Source: an uncultured Planctomycetota bacterium
GTDB lineage: Bacteria; Planctomycetota; Planctomycetia; Isosphaerales; Isosphaeraceae
Direction: 5' to 3'
Assembly (NCBI GenBank): GCA_963823665.1
Contig: CAWGMQ010000007.1
Coordinates: forward strand, 96,001 to 160,000
Length of the DNA: 64,000 bases
Within the stretch, counting starts at the first letter, position 1, and the number at the start of each line of letters is the position of its first letter. Shown here one piece after another: positions 22,669 through 34,283 of this stretch. Under the pieces are notes generated by a model, which ran no database searches, was not told the DNA's origin, and was given only the letters and a program-made list of their open reading frames with translations. The translations under genes were made by a program, and so were the position numbers.

Positions 22669-23769
22669 ATGATGAGGGTACGTTCGTACCTGTTTCGAGG
22701 ACTGACCACTTGTGCAGCCACGCTCGCGGTTGCTTTCATGGCTTCGCCGGCACGAGCCGGGGGAATCACCATCCTCAATGTGGCCAGTTCCAACGGTTAT
22801 CAGTTCACAAACTTCGATGGTCCGACTCCGAATGGCGCCGGCACCACCATCAACGGGATTTCCAACACCGGCACGGTCGTCGGGTTCTCCACGCCCGACA
22901 ATGCCACGCTCAATAACTTCACAGCCAATCCGCTGACATCGACGAACGCCACCGCGCTCAATATCAACAATTCCACCGCCGCCATGGCCAACGGCATCAA
23001 CTCGGCTGGAGTCGTGGTCGGCACGGACGGCAATGGCAACGCGTTTACTCTGAATGGGAGCAGCCTGGTCACGTTCATCCCCAATGGGGGTACGTCGGCG
23101 ATTGCGTTCGGGATTAACGACCACGGACTCGTCGCGGGCCAGTACACAACTGCGTCCGGCACCACCCCCGGCTTTGTCCTGAATGGTACCTCGGTCACCA
23201 CGATCAATTCGCCGACGGGGCCGGACGTCGTCAATGCGCAGGGAATCAACAACAACGGGCTGGTGGTCGGCTTCTACACCGGGACGGACAACCAGGCCCA
23301 CGGCTTCAAGTTCAACTTGGGCTCCGCTGTCAATGGCGTCGGCACCGGCACCGCAATCGCCGACCCGACCATTCCGACAGTTTCGGGAGAACCGGGCGCG
23401 ACGTTCGTGTTCTCACAGATCCTTGGGGTCAATGACATGGGCATTGCCGTGGGGTATTACGGCGACAGCACCGGCAGCCAGCACGGGTTCATTTACAACA
23501 CCAACACTGGAACGTATACGTTCGTGGACGATCCGAACGAGCAGTTTACGGCTGCTGGCATCGAGGTGACCCAGATCACCGGCATCAACAATGCCGGCGA
23601 GATCACCGGTTTCTACACTGACGCAAGTGGCGAGGCTCACGGCTTCGTCGCGCTGCAAAGCGTTCCCGAGCCCACCTCGGTGGCGCTCCTGGGATTAGGA
23701 CTCGCGGGCCTCGTGGGCTTCGTCCATTACCGCAAGAACAGACGACGCGATCGATCCGAGCTCGCCTGA
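22669..23769 (+). CDS. PEP-CTERM surface protein with GINxxG repeats
   Basis: Signal peptide; repeated 'GINNxG.VVG.Y' units; C-terminal VPEPTS, TM helix and basic tail. Confidence 0.9.
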   Translation: MMRVRSYLFRGLTTCAATLAVAFMASPARAGGITILNVASSNGYQFTNFDGPTPNGAGTTINGISNTGTVVGFSTPDNATLNNFTANPLTSTNATALNINNSTAAMANGINSAGVVVGTDGNGNAFTLNGSSLVTFIPNGGTSAIAFGINDHGLVAGQYTTASGTTPGFVLNGTSVTTINSPTGPDVVNAQGINNNGLVVGFYTGTDNQAHGFKFNLGSAVNGVGTGTAIADPTIPTVSGEPGATFVFSQILGVNDMGIAVGYYGDSTGSQHGFIYNTNTGTYTFVDDPNEQFTAAGIEVTQITGINNAGEITGFYTDASGEAHGFVALQSVPEPTSVALLGLGLAGLVGFVHYRKNRRRDRSELA

Positions 23770-23787
23770 CCTGCTTGGCTTGCGGCT

Positions 23788-24159
23788 TTATTTCTTCACC
23801 TGAACAAATTTGTTGGGTGTTCCCTCGAGCGCGCTTCCCGCCTCTGGCCGCCAGGTGACGACCTCGTCAATCTTCTTGGCGAGGGCGAAATCCTTGTCGG
23901 TGATGCCACCTTCGGAATGGGTCTTGAGCTTGACCCAAAGCTTGCCCCAGGTGACCACCAGGTCGGCGTGATGCCACGCTGCTTCGCACAGATAGCCGAC
24001 GGCGTTCACCAGCATGAGCGTCGTCGGCCAGCCGTCAGTGTTGTACTTGCGCCTGAGCCAGCCGTCATCGAGCGTCCAGCCCTCGAGCCCGTCCGACTCA
24101 ATCCGCGCCTGCACTTCGGTGTCCGTGTACACTTTCAGTTTGCCCTCGGCCATCGTCAA
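23788..24159 (-). CDS. Pterin-4a-carbinolamine dehydratase family protein
   Basis: 'EAAWHHADL', 'THSEGGITDKDFALAKKID'. Confidence 0.85.
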   Translation of the reverse strand: MTMAEGKLKVYTDTEVQARIESDGLEGWTLDDGWLRRKYNTDGWPTTLMLVNAVGYLCEAAWHHADLVVTWGKLWVKLKTHSEGGITDKDFALAKKIDEVVTWRPEAGSALEGTPNKFVQVKK

Positions 24160-24187
24160 CCTCCGTCGATGCTATGGATTGAATCGC

Positions 24188-25234
24188 CTAAAACCCCTTC
24201 CCCTTCGTCGTCAGCCGCACGCGCCCGATATACATGTCGGCGGTGATGAACAGGGTTGACCCGTCCTCACCCCAGCCGCAGTTGGCGGTGGCTTCCCCGG
24301 TGCTGAAAGTGCCTAGGTGGGTTCCATCGGGGGCAAAAACGAGCACGCCGCCCGGGCCGGTCGCGAACAGATTGCCGTTCGCGTCGACTTTCATGCCGTC
24401 CGGAAGCCCCTTCTTCGCGGGCGATACCGAGCTGGTCACGTCGGCGAACAATTTCCCGGCGCCGATCGTGCCGTCTTCCTGCACGGGGAACGCCATCCAG
24501 ATCGCTTTCCTGGGATCAGAGTTGGCCACGTACAACGTCTTCTCGTCCGGTGAAAGAGCAATTCCATTCGGAAACGTCATTTCCTTGGTCAAGAGCGTGA
24601 CCGTGCCGTCGGCGGCCGAGATGCGATAGACCCCGTTCCAGTCGAGCTCCTTCGCCGGATCGGCATTCAGCCTGAGCAGGCCGTACGGCGGATCGGTGAA
24701 ATACAGGTCTCCATTTGTCTTGTAAACGCTGTCATTGGGGCTGTTGAATCTCTTGCCGACATACTTATCCGCCAACGTCTTGAACGTCTTGTCGGCCTCG
24801 AGCCGCGCCACGCGGCGGTCTCCGTGCTGGCAGAGCACGAGCCGTCCTTCTCGATCCATATTCAATCCGTTCGAGCCCGGCTCGCCGCCGCGCGGTACGG
24901 ATCCCGTGTAGCCGCTCGGCTTCAAGAAGACGCTCACGCCTTTGCCTTCCTGCCACTGAAAAACGGTATTCATCGGCACATCGGAAAACAACAGCACCTT
25001 GCGCGAGCGGTCCCAGACGGGACCTTCCGACCAGTCAAACCCTTCTGCGATCCGTTCGACTCGCGCATCCTGCGGCACCAGCTTGTCGAATCGCGGATCA
25101 AGGCGCTCGATCGTTCCCAGAGTGGGATACGCCGTCTTTTCCTGGGCGTGGCCTGCCGTCGAGTAGCCGAGGAACGAGCAGGCAGCAATCGCCGCGCTGC
25201 CGATCAAACGAAATCGATTTGGATGCGCGCTCAT
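24188..25234 (-). CDS. SMP-30/gluconolactonase/LRE family protein
   Basis: 'WSEGPVW', 'GSNGL', 'RFNSPND', 'YFTDPPYG', 'PNGIALSPD', 'PDGMKVD'. Confidence 0.9.
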   Translation of the reverse strand: MSAHPNRFRLIGSAAIAACSFLGYSTAGHAQEKTAYPTLGTIERLDPRFDKLVPQDARVERIAEGFDWSEGPVWDRSRKVLLFSDVPMNTVFQWQEGKGVSVFLKPSGYTGSVPRGGEPGSNGLNMDREGRLVLCQHGDRRVARLEADKTFKTLADKYVGKRFNSPNDSVYKTNGDLYFTDPPYGLLRLNADPAKELDWNGVYRISAADGTVTLLTKEMTFPNGIALSPDEKTLYVANSDPRKAIWMAFPVQEDGTIGAGKLFADVTSSVSPAKKGLPDGMKVDANGNLFATGPGGVLVFAPDGTHLGTFSTGEATANCGWGEDGSTLFITADMYIGRVRLTTKGKGF

Positions 25235-25342
25235 GATGGTTGTATCCTTGCAGTGGAGCGGAGAGAGACGGGCGAGACCGTTGCCCACGGCCGCGATGCG
25301 AACTCCCCGAGATTAGCTCACGCGGAGCGGGCAGGCAACTCG

Positions 25343-26570
25343 TCACCGCGGCAAGGCGACGGGCGATTCCGATATCTTGCGGCCGGCCCGCGGAGTTGGT
25401 CGGTTTGGCGTGCTATCAAGCTCGTCGAAACAGGCAAGCAGTCTCCGGGCGGATTCTTCCCAGGTGAAGAGGGCCGAGCGCTCGTGTGCCAGCCGGGCCA
25501 GCTCATCGCGAAAGGCGGGGGCGGCGAGGAATAGCCGGATTGCCCCGGCAATCGAATCGACGTCATTCGGGTCGAAATAAATGCCCGCCTCGCCCACAAC
25601 CTCTGGCAGCGACCCGGCGTTGCTCGAAAGTACGGGCGTGCCGCAGGCCATCGCTTCGACTGCGGGCAGACCGAAGCCTTCCAGGAGCGACGGCGAGATC
25701 AAGGCATAAGCGCGCCGATACAGATGGACGAGGTCCGCGTCGGGGACGAAACCCGCCAGGATCACCCGCTCGTGCAGGTTGTGCCGCGTGATGGCCTCGC
25801 GAATCTGGGGCACGTGCGTGTGGAAAACGTCCTGAACGTCGCCGACGAGAATCAGCTTCACATCCGGAGGCGCCCCCTGGGCAAACGCTTCCACCAGCCG
25901 CAGCAGGTTCTTGTGCGGGCTCAATCCGCCCACATAAAGCAGGAGCCGGCTTTCCGGAGCGATGCCGATTCGGGCGAGCACGGCTGCTCCGTCGGAGTCG
26001 CGGGCCCGAGTTCGGAAGACTGGATCGGGGCCTTCGGTGATCACCCGGATCCGGTCTGCCGGAACGCCCGACCAGGCGGCGATGTCACGGCGCGAGGCTT
26101 CCGAGACCGTGACGATGCGATCGGCCAGTCGCACCGCAGAGGCCTCCTTGATTCGCCACGCGAGCCGGCCACGGCGGTTCGGGAACACCAGCTCCGGGTG
26201 GGCAAGCGGCAGCGTGTCGTGCATCGTGACGACCAGCTTCCCTGCCTTCCAGACGGGGAAGAACGTGTAAGTGGCCGGGAAGTACATCAGGTCCAATCGG
26301 GCCCGGGCGACAGCCCGGCCCATTGCGATCAAGTCGCGGAAGCTGCCGGCTTCCCTGGGACGACGCAGCCCGGCTAGGCGCCTCACGCACCTCGACGATC
26401 GCTCGCTCGAATCGATCTGGAATCGCGACCGACGGCGATGACGGTCGATCGACAAAGACGGTGAACTCGTGCCCGGTTGTCTGGCGTGACAGGGCCTCGA
26501 GCAACTGCCGGCTGAACCGGCCAAACCCCCGGCGATTGGAAAGGCAGCTACCGTCGATTCCGATTCGCAT
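25343..26570 (-). CDS. GT4 family glycosyltransferase, frameshift near 26360
   Basis: N-terminal 'MRIGIDG...RGFGRF' in ORF 26085..26570; 'HKNL' and 'EGFGLPAVEAMACGTPV' in ORF 25343..26524. Confidence 0.85.
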
Positions 26571-27792
26571 GGCGAGCTTCTCGTTTCGTACCTAGCGGCC
26601 TTCTCGTGACTGTTCTGTTCTCGCAGCCGACGGCTTTGAATTGCGCACCCGCCACCGTGCGAAACGGCGAGCCCACCGAACGCGCTCCGGCGGCTTGATC
26701 GCCGCGGCGCCTAGGTCGGCGCGGGTTAGGGCGGCTGATCGAACGGCGCCATGGTTGCGGCGCTCGCAGCAGCCAGAGCGATTCCGCGATCACGACCGAC
26801 AGCCCGCAGCAGCAATAATAAGTGAGATGGAGGGGCAGGGCGGCGGTTGCGAAGGCGAGCCCCTTCCGGCGGGCCAGGAACCCAAGAAACCTGATGTTGA
26901 GCAGAACGATCGACGCCAGTGCCGCGGCCGCGGCCGCCCAGGCCCACGGAAAGAAGGCGCCGATCGCGCCGGCCAGCAGCGCCAGACCGGTGAGTGCCAC
27001 GCACGCCTTCTGGTCGACCTTGACGTTCAAGTCGGTCTCGATTGTGCCCGAGCGTTTGATCAGGAGCATCCAGGGTACGCCGCGGCGAAAGATGTCGGTT
27101 CGGATCATGTCAGGCAGAGTCCAGCGCTTCATGTGCGTGGCCAGCACGTCGCGCGCGAGCACAATCCGGTGGCCGGTCCGCGTAAGTCGGTAGCCCAGCT
27201 CGATGTCTTCGATCGCGGGTCGGGGGTAAAGCCGCGGGTCGAAGCCGCCGTATTCGAGAAAGACGCTCCGCCGAATGGCGCCGCAACCCGTCCAGAATGT
27301 GTGGGCCGGCCGGATCCCTTCCTGGAATACGCCTTGTTGATGGACGAAGTGATGGAGAAGGTTGCGATACTGGCTGACCAGGCCGGGCGCGGCCGGCTGA
27401 TCGTCATACGAGCCGAACAGGGCGCAGAGCGACGGGTCGCGCTCGAATCGGGCGAGTGATCTGGCCAGCGTTTCGGGATGGACGGCGACATCGGCGTCGA
27501 GGAAAAAGATCAATTGCGACCTCGCGGCCTGGGCTCCCAGATTGCGGGCGGCTGCAGGCCCCCGCGGCGTGGGGAGACGTAGCAACGTCGCACAAGCTTC
27601 GCCCGCAGTCGCGGCCGAGTGATCGGTCGAGGCGTCGTCAACCACAATCAACTCGTAATCAGCCAGACTGGAGCCGCGCAGCCGCTGGAGGCAGCGCTCA
27701 AAGTCGCGACCCCCGTTGCGCACGGGAACCACGACCGAGAGCGACGGCCTCCGCAGCAGGGGGCTCGCCGGACCGGCGGGGACATCGTCCAT
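26548..27792 (-). CDS. GT2 family glycosyltransferase with C-terminal TM helices (3' end probably frameshifted)
   Basis: 'SVVVPVRN', 'IVVDDASTD', 'GPAAARNLG', 'FFLDAD', 'IEDIELGYRL'. Confidence 0.85.
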   Translation of the reverse strand: MDDVPAGPASPLLRRPSLSVVVPVRNGGRDFERCLQRLRGSSLADYELIVVDDASTDHSAATAGEACATLLRLPTPRGPAAARNLGAQAARSQLIFFLDADVAVHPETLARSLARFERDPSLCALFGSYDDQPAAPGLVSQYRNLLHHFVHQQGVFQEGIRPAHTFWTGCGAIRRSVFLEYGGFDPRLYPRPAIEDIELGYRLTRTGHRIVLARDVLATHMKRWTLPDMIRTDIFRRGVPWMLLIKRSGTIETDLNVKVDQKACVALTGLALLAGAIGAFFPWAWAAAAAALASIVLLNIRFLGFLARRKGLAFATAALPLHLTYYCCCGLSVVIAESLWLLRAPQPWRRSISRPNPRRPRRRGDQAAGARSVGSPFRTVAGAQFKAVGCENRTVTRRPLGTKREARHANRNRR

Positions 27793-28042
27793 GATCTACC
27801 CTCGCCCGTCACGCTCGATGCGCGCCGGAATGCGTCTCCATCCGTGGGATCGCCCGAACGCGTACCAAGACCCTTGCCGCAACGGAACGGAGGCGATCAA
27901 GGAATCGATCGCCAGTGCAAATTGGAAGTGTCTCGTTCAGCCGCACCGCCGCATCCACCCTCGCGACGAGCGGCCGAACTCTATCCGGAACCGCCGGGTC
28001 TGTCAATCTGGGCCGGGAATGCGGGCGGGGTACTGATCGCAC

Positions 28043-28085
28043 AATCGGTGCCAGTTCATCTTTGTAAAACGAACTGGCACCGATT
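28043..28085. repeat. Perfect 15-bp inverted repeat (hairpin, REP-like or terminator)
   Basis: AATCGGTGCCAGTTC-N13-GAACTGGCACCGATT. Confidence 0.7.
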
Positions 28086-28097
28086 TTCGCGTGCCGC

Positions 28098-30218
28098 TCA
28101 ATTCGCTTGCGTCGACTTCTTGGTCGTGGGGCCCAAAGCACTCGCAAACATACTCGCATCAATTACCCCGAAGTTGGTACCGGCGCTCGGGTTGTTCGCG
28201 CTCGATGTTGCCGAGACGATCGCCGCACCAGCCTTGTACCCACTCGAGCTGGCGCCGGCGACACTGAGTGCCGTCGGATTGGGCGAAGGTTTGGTATAGG
28301 GGGTAGTCATTGGTAAGCCCGTTGCTGCCTCCGATGGCGATCTGAAAAGCGTTTGAACCGGGCACAGTGATGTTGCCAACGGCGTCGTCAACCGAGAAAC
28401 CATAGGCGGTAATCGGCATGCCGTTCGCCCAGTTGGCTCCGTTGTGGATGAGCCAGACCAGCGGATCGACGTTGTACTGGGCCAAGATACTGTTCGTCGG
28501 ATTGCCCGGCGTGGGTGGGACAGGGTAGGCAGTGCCCGGCGGGAGGGCCACAGTCGACCCGTACATCATTGGGATGATCACCGTATTGGTGACATTCTGC
28601 CTGTTGTCCGTCGCCTGTTGACTGGTACCGTACAGGGTGTTTCCCGCCCAGTCCACACTCCCTGGAATGTTGGCGAAATCACCAATATTATCTCCGAAGA
28701 TCGTTTGAATTAATTGCGAAGACGGTTGGATCGCCGGCGGCGATGGATTGCCATTCCCACCGAGAATGAAAAACTGGTACTTGGTATTCAAGTCCCCCGG
28801 GCCAGACGCGGGCGATTGCAATATAATCTGGTTGCCGACAATTTGCTGGATCACATTGGCGGCGACGCCGGTTGGTGGCGGCAGGTTTGGGGCACGGACA
28901 GGTGTACCGACCCCGCCGTTCGGAAGCTTTTGGAGCTGTGCGATCAAATCCGGACTCGCACCCGACAGTACCTTGAGCCCAGAGCCGTATTGTGGGTCGG
29001 AGCTCAACGTGAGGCCCGTGGCGCTATAGGCCCTCGTCTGGAGATCGACCGCGTTCATGAAGGTGTCCTGGCTAAACAGCCACATGGCCTTCCATGCGAG
29101 TGTTGCAAACTGCAGCGCGTTCGTCATGTCGCCAGGACCCGGCTTGGTTGTCGTCTGAATCGGGAAAGTCTGCACGTTATCTTGGTATTGAATCGAGCCA
29201 GGTCCGGTGGCCAGGAATTGGCTTAACTGAGCACTTGCTGGTATCTGAGGAAGCCCATACTGGGGTAAGACAGCGAAGTTCTTCTGGTAGAACTCCGCCC
29301 ACGAGAACATCAGGTTGATGATCGCTTGAGCGGCATAGTTGTTCGAGGCGGGCAGGCCAGCGAACGCCTGGCTGGATGTAAGCAATGGATTAGTGTTTAC
29401 GTAAATATTTGATGCAGCGCTGTTTGCAAAGATGTTGGTGCCGCCCGGTATCTTCACGAGTGCGCCGGGGTGTTTCCCGTGGGCGTGAGGTTGAACTGCG
29501 GCCACGCGACGTTATTCTCGGGTGCATTGTAGAAGTAATTGCCCAGATTCGCCCCGCTGACAAACTTGGTCAGTGTGCTCTCGAACTGCGGCACGGTGAT
29601 CGTCGTCCCGATGTAACCCGCCTGAGGGTCGCCCTTTGTCAAGACCGCTTCCTCGGCAACCGGAAGATACATCGCATCTAGGTACGATATATCCACGTCA
29701 ACACTTGTATCGAGCGTAGGTTTGCCGATCACGGTTTGCGATTCATCTCTGATCGTATATTCAGTAAGCTGCGACGAAGCGGAAGTGGCAATACCACCAA
29801 CCACACTCGATTCCGGCCCCCTGTACAGGAGCAACGCCCCGTTATCGGAAAGGTCCTGCACAAATGTTGTCGAAGGAGCTGAGTTATGGAAATTAAATGG
29901 GTTACCGCTTGACCAGAAATATGTCTCTGTTTGCGGAGTGTCCGTCACGAGCTGGATCGTTCCTCCGTCCCACATCGCCTCGGGCAGGTAGAACGTGACG
30001 CTCGCCCCTGGTGGCAGACCGACATAATATTGCGAGTTCGACGCCTTGTAGCCCACGTAGATCCGGTAGTCCTGGTTCGCTGGATCGTTCGGATCGTACG
30101 GCGAGCCGTCGTACGCGCTGCCGTCGTTCGTTGCGAGGAATACCGGATAAATCCACCGAGGAGTCGCGTCGGTATTCGTGTTGTTGGTGATCGTCACGGC
30201 TTTTTCGATCGCCGTCAC
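28098..30218 (-). CDS. Large Asn/Thr/Pro-rich protein with GH64/thaumatin-like motifs, split by frameshifts (may start near 30415)
   Basis: Consecutive ORFs 29454..30218, 28159..29505 and 28098..28403; motifs 'QLTEYTI...DISYLDAMYLP' and 'VWLIH...AYGFSVDD'. Confidence 0.55.
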
Positions 30219-30787
30219 TCACAACTTCGTCGGTCAGTGGCCCACCAGGGCCGCTGTTCCACGTTCAATATCGCCTGAAACCCAGTTTGGGCGACCACAC
30301 CCGCGGTCACGAAATCCGGCCTCCCCGCCCGCTGTTCTTCCTCCCGCTCAATAGTCATCTGAAAACGGCGCCGACCGAGGGTCAAAACTCGTATCAAACG
30401 ATGCAGTTTCTCCAATAGTCGTAGTCAACTAACACATTACCTTTCCTAAAACCACCAGTTGCCGCATTTTTTGGTAACTTCGATGGACTGCGCAGCTTGC
30501 GCTCGACGATGCAACACCAAACATGCGTGTTAGGACGTTTTCGGACGCCGTGCTAATGTGTTGCGGCTACTGTTGCGGCTCAGAATGAGTGCCGTTCGGC
30601 AAACCTGTTACCGGCGTCCTTCTCCGGCTGGCCCAAGGCTCGACGAGCGGGGTCGATCGCTTTTTAATTCCGCCGATGATTGCATCGACTCGGTGATTGG
30701 GGCGAGAATATCTCGTCACCCATGGCCGGCGGAGTGGTTGCTCGGTGCGAAGAGGTGGCAAACCTTCATCTTAAATTGGGTAGATCG

Positions 30788-32406
30788 ATGATGTTCCAGA
30801 AGCTGACGGTTGTTGCGGTTCTCGCCGCAATCTGTTTGGGTGTCACTCGCTTTGCGGTCGCAGAGGGCAAGCCGGACGGGCAGCGGTGGTGGTCGCATGT
30901 GCTCGTTCTGGCCGACGACCGCCTGGAGGGCCGTGGCACGGGCAGCCCAGGCCACCGGAAGGCGGCCGAGTATGTGGCGCGGGAATTCGAGAAAGCCGGT
31001 CTCAAGCCCGCCGGGACCGAGAGATTCTTGCAGCCGGTCAAGCTCATCGCTCGCGAGCTTGACGAGACGCAATCGAGCCTCGCACTCGTCAAGAATTCCG
31101 GCGGCGAGGAGCGGCTCGAGCTAGGCCGCGACGCGATCATCAGCTCGCGAATCGAGCCGGCTGCGTCGCTCGAGGCCGAAATGGTCTTCGCCGGCCATGG
31201 GCTATCGATCCCTGAAGCCCATCACAACGACTTCGAGGGGCTCGATGTCCGCGGCAAGCTCGTCGTATTCCTGGACGGTGCGCCGCCGTCGATTCCGGGC
31301 CCGCTGGCCTCGCATATGCAATCGCAGGACGAACGAGCTGCGCTGTTCAAGCGGCTGGGCGCGATCGGCATCCTCCGCATCATGAATCCCAAGAACATGG
31401 ATATTCCCTGGGAGCGGGCGTCGCTCGCGCGGTTCATGGCGTCGATGAGCCTGGCCGACCCCGCGGTCGACGAGACGCGGGGACTCAAGCTGGCGGTCAC
31501 GATCAATCCGGCCCATGGCGATAAGCTGCTCGCGGGGTCGGGCCACACGCTTGCGGAGATCATCGAAGCCGCGAACGCCGGAAGACCGCTACCGCATTTC
31601 AAACTGCCGGCGCGGCTCCGGGCCACCGCGGCCGTCAAGCACACGGACGTTCTGTCGGATAACGTCGTGGCCATGCTGCCCGGCACCGACCCGAAGCTCA
31701 AGGACGAGTACGTCATATTCACCGCTCACCTCGATCACCTGGGCGTCGGCAGGCCCATCAATGGCGATAAGATCTACAACGGCGCGATGGATAACGCATC
31801 GGGCATCGCGGCGATGCTCGACGTCGCCTCGATGCTCAAGGAAAACGGCACGAAGCTGCGCCGCTCGGTGCTCTTCCTCGCCGTTACCGCCGAGGAGAAG
31901 GGACTGCTCGGGTCGAAGTACTTCGCGAGCGATCCCACGGTCGATCCGCGGCGATCGTGGCTAATATTAATACCGATATGTTCTTGCCGCTGTACCCGCT
32001 CAAGAAGCTGACGATCTACGGGATGGATGAATCGGATCTAGGCGGCGACGCGGAGGCAGTGGCGCGGTCGCTTGGTGTCGAGCCGCAGCGCGATCCGGAG
32101 CCGAAGCGGAATGTCTTCATCCGAAGCGATCAGTATAGCTTCATCCGGCGCGGGGTTCCGGCGCTGGCGCTCAAGGTGGGGCTCGACAAGGGATCGCCGG
32201 AGGAAGAGATGCAGAAGAAATGGCTGAAGGAGCGCTACCATGCGCCCTCGGACGACGTTGCGCAACCGGTGGACATGCAGGCCGCCGGGGCGTTCGACGT
32301 GCTGGTTGCCAGGTTGCTCGAGCGCGTCGCCAACCGCACGGAACGGCCGCACTGGAAAGAATCGTCGTTCTTCAAGCGGTTCGAGCAGCATGGCGACGGG
32401 AAGTGA
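30788..32406 (+). CDS. M28 family metallopeptidase with PA domain, frameshift near 31950
   Basis: 'LEGRGTG', 'TAHLDHLG', 'NGAMDNASG', 'TAEEKGLLGS', then 'ANINTDM', 'RSDQYSF', 'YHAPSDD'. Confidence 0.9.
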
Positions 32407-32466
32407 ACAAAGCCAAGCTTCGGTCATTTCCGAGTGAAGGCAATCGACAGTCGGGGAGATATACTC

Positions 32467-32787
32467 GTGCGACTGAATCGCAAGAAGGCCGCGAGGCTGG
32501 CGGCGTTCTCGACCCTCCTGATCGTCGCCGTCGTCGCCTCGTATCTTCTGCTCCTCCGCCATCCTGGCTTGTTCTTTGCTTACTCGTTTTCGCACGGCGG
32601 AATCACGCTCTATTCGGATGAGCCCATTCTCCCTCTTCCTGCCGGACGCATCCTCGAGGAGGTCGAGCGGCGTCTCGCCCATAGCGCCCACCTCCTCGAT
32701 CGGAAGGGGATCAGTGTCGAAGACCTGCTCAACACCGACTTCGACCAGGCGCAACTCGAGGCAGAGATCCGGGGGACGTCAGGCTGA
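32467..32787 (+). CDS. Short membrane-anchored hypothetical protein (possibly internally deleted)
   Basis: GTG start after GGGGAG; one TM helix; protein-like composition. Confidence 0.45.
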   Translation: MRLNRKKAARLAAFSTLLIVAVVASYLLLLRHPGLFFAYSFSHGGITLYSDEPILPLPAGRILEEVERRLAHSAHLLDRKGISVEDLLNTDFDQAQLEAEIRGTSG

Positions 32788-32799
32788 AGCCTGACCTAC
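32778..32799 (-). repeat. GTAG-type REP-like palindrome, family 1, copy 2
   Basis: GTCAGGCTGAAGCCTGACCTAC, the reverse complement of 7841..7862. Confidence 0.75.
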
Positions 32800-33541
32800 T
32801 CCGATGCGCGCCGTTTCAGGAACGGCCGGCAGTATTCCAGGAGTTTCAGGTCGCCAAGCTCTTCCTCGAGCTCGTCCTGACTCGGGTGGTCCATGCTCGC
32901 GAGCACTTCGCCGAGCAAGAAATCCACGAACTTCCGTCGCGACCGCATCACTGCTTGGCGCACGGCCCCGGCGGAGAGCAGCCGCCCGACGGCGCGGGAA
33001 AGCCCTTCCGCGGCCTCATCTGAGGGAAGATCAGGGTTATCGACGCGGAAGCGGAGTACCGTGTGATACGGCTGGCCGCTGCTTTTCTCGAGCGCCGCAG
33101 CGCGTTCCAGGCACGATCGAGCAGGTCATTGCGCCAGCTCGCGATGAATTCCCCTTCAAACCGACTGAGCGCGGGGTCGGGGATGTCCGGCCCCGCACTC
33201 GACGAATTTCGGGCCCTGCTCGAATTCTTGCGGCGAAAGTGATCGCTGATCATGTTCTGAACCGCGCGCTTCACGTAGTCGCGGAATCGGCCGCGGTCCC
33301 GGCTGCTGCGGCGGAAGTCTCCGCGCAAGAAGCGAACCGCGAACTCCTGATCGAGCTCCTCCGCGTCGTCAGGATTCTTCACCGCCTTGAGAAAGTAGCG
33401 GTGGACAGCGCCGGCATACCGGCACATCAGTCGAGATACCGCCGGATTGACCTGATCGGGGGTACCGCTGTGGGCCTCGATGACGGCCGTCCAGTGCGTG
33501 GTCATCTGGCTGAGTCGAGGCTCGGGTTCGACGTACTCCAT
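32796..33541 (-). CDS. ECF sigma-70 factor, frameshift near 33090
   Basis: 'TTHWTAV', 'DDAEELDQEFAVRFL', 'GRFRDYVK'; the alternate frame continues 'QPYHTVLRFRVDNPD...SRRKFVDFLLGEV...LKLLEYC' to TAG at 32796. Confidence 0.8.
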
Positions 33542-34283
33542 GATCGGCACTTCCGCGCCTGAGAAATCTCCGCCTGCCCCGCATTCGGGCCCGCTGGAGC
33601 AATCGATTCGGCTCGCTCGGCGCATTTTACACAAGCCCCGCGGATCGTGCCAAAACCGCAAAAAGTAAAAAATCCGATCCATCGGTGAGACAATGCTGGC
33701 AATCGAGCGTATGAGTGATAGGAACGGTGAAGAGGCGGCGGGGCATAGCGAGCCTTCTGGCCACTTTGCGTCGCGCGCTGAACGGTTGTTCGGTCAATCT
33801 TTCTGAAGCGTTTGATTTGCGGGTCGATCGGTGCGGAGCTTGAAGCGCCGTGCGATCTGATCCCAATTGCGAGGAGAAGAGGAGCACGCCCATGTTTGAG
33901 TGGCTGTTGCGTTCGGCTCAATCCATCATTTTTTCTGTGCATAACATCCGCCTGAATCATCCCGAGCCCGATTGCAAACAGACCGACCTGATCGCTCGGA
34001 TTGATCTCGAAAATCGTTCGACGAGCCCGCCGATGGGCCTCCGCGGCCATCTCTCCGCGTGACTCCCGGATAGTGACCGGGCGCGGCGGGAGGTTCTCGC
34101 ATCATCGCCGTTCGTGTGTTTGCTAACTGAGGGGACGCGCACGTTGCCCCGCCCGGGGAGTGCGCGCGGCCTGCTCTCACGGTTGAAGCCTGTGTTCGGC
34201 TCGATCCTGCCGGAAGAGTACCCGGCGGCAGGTGCGGTCTTCGTCCGTGATTTACCTGGGGATTCTTGAGACGAGTGACGACA

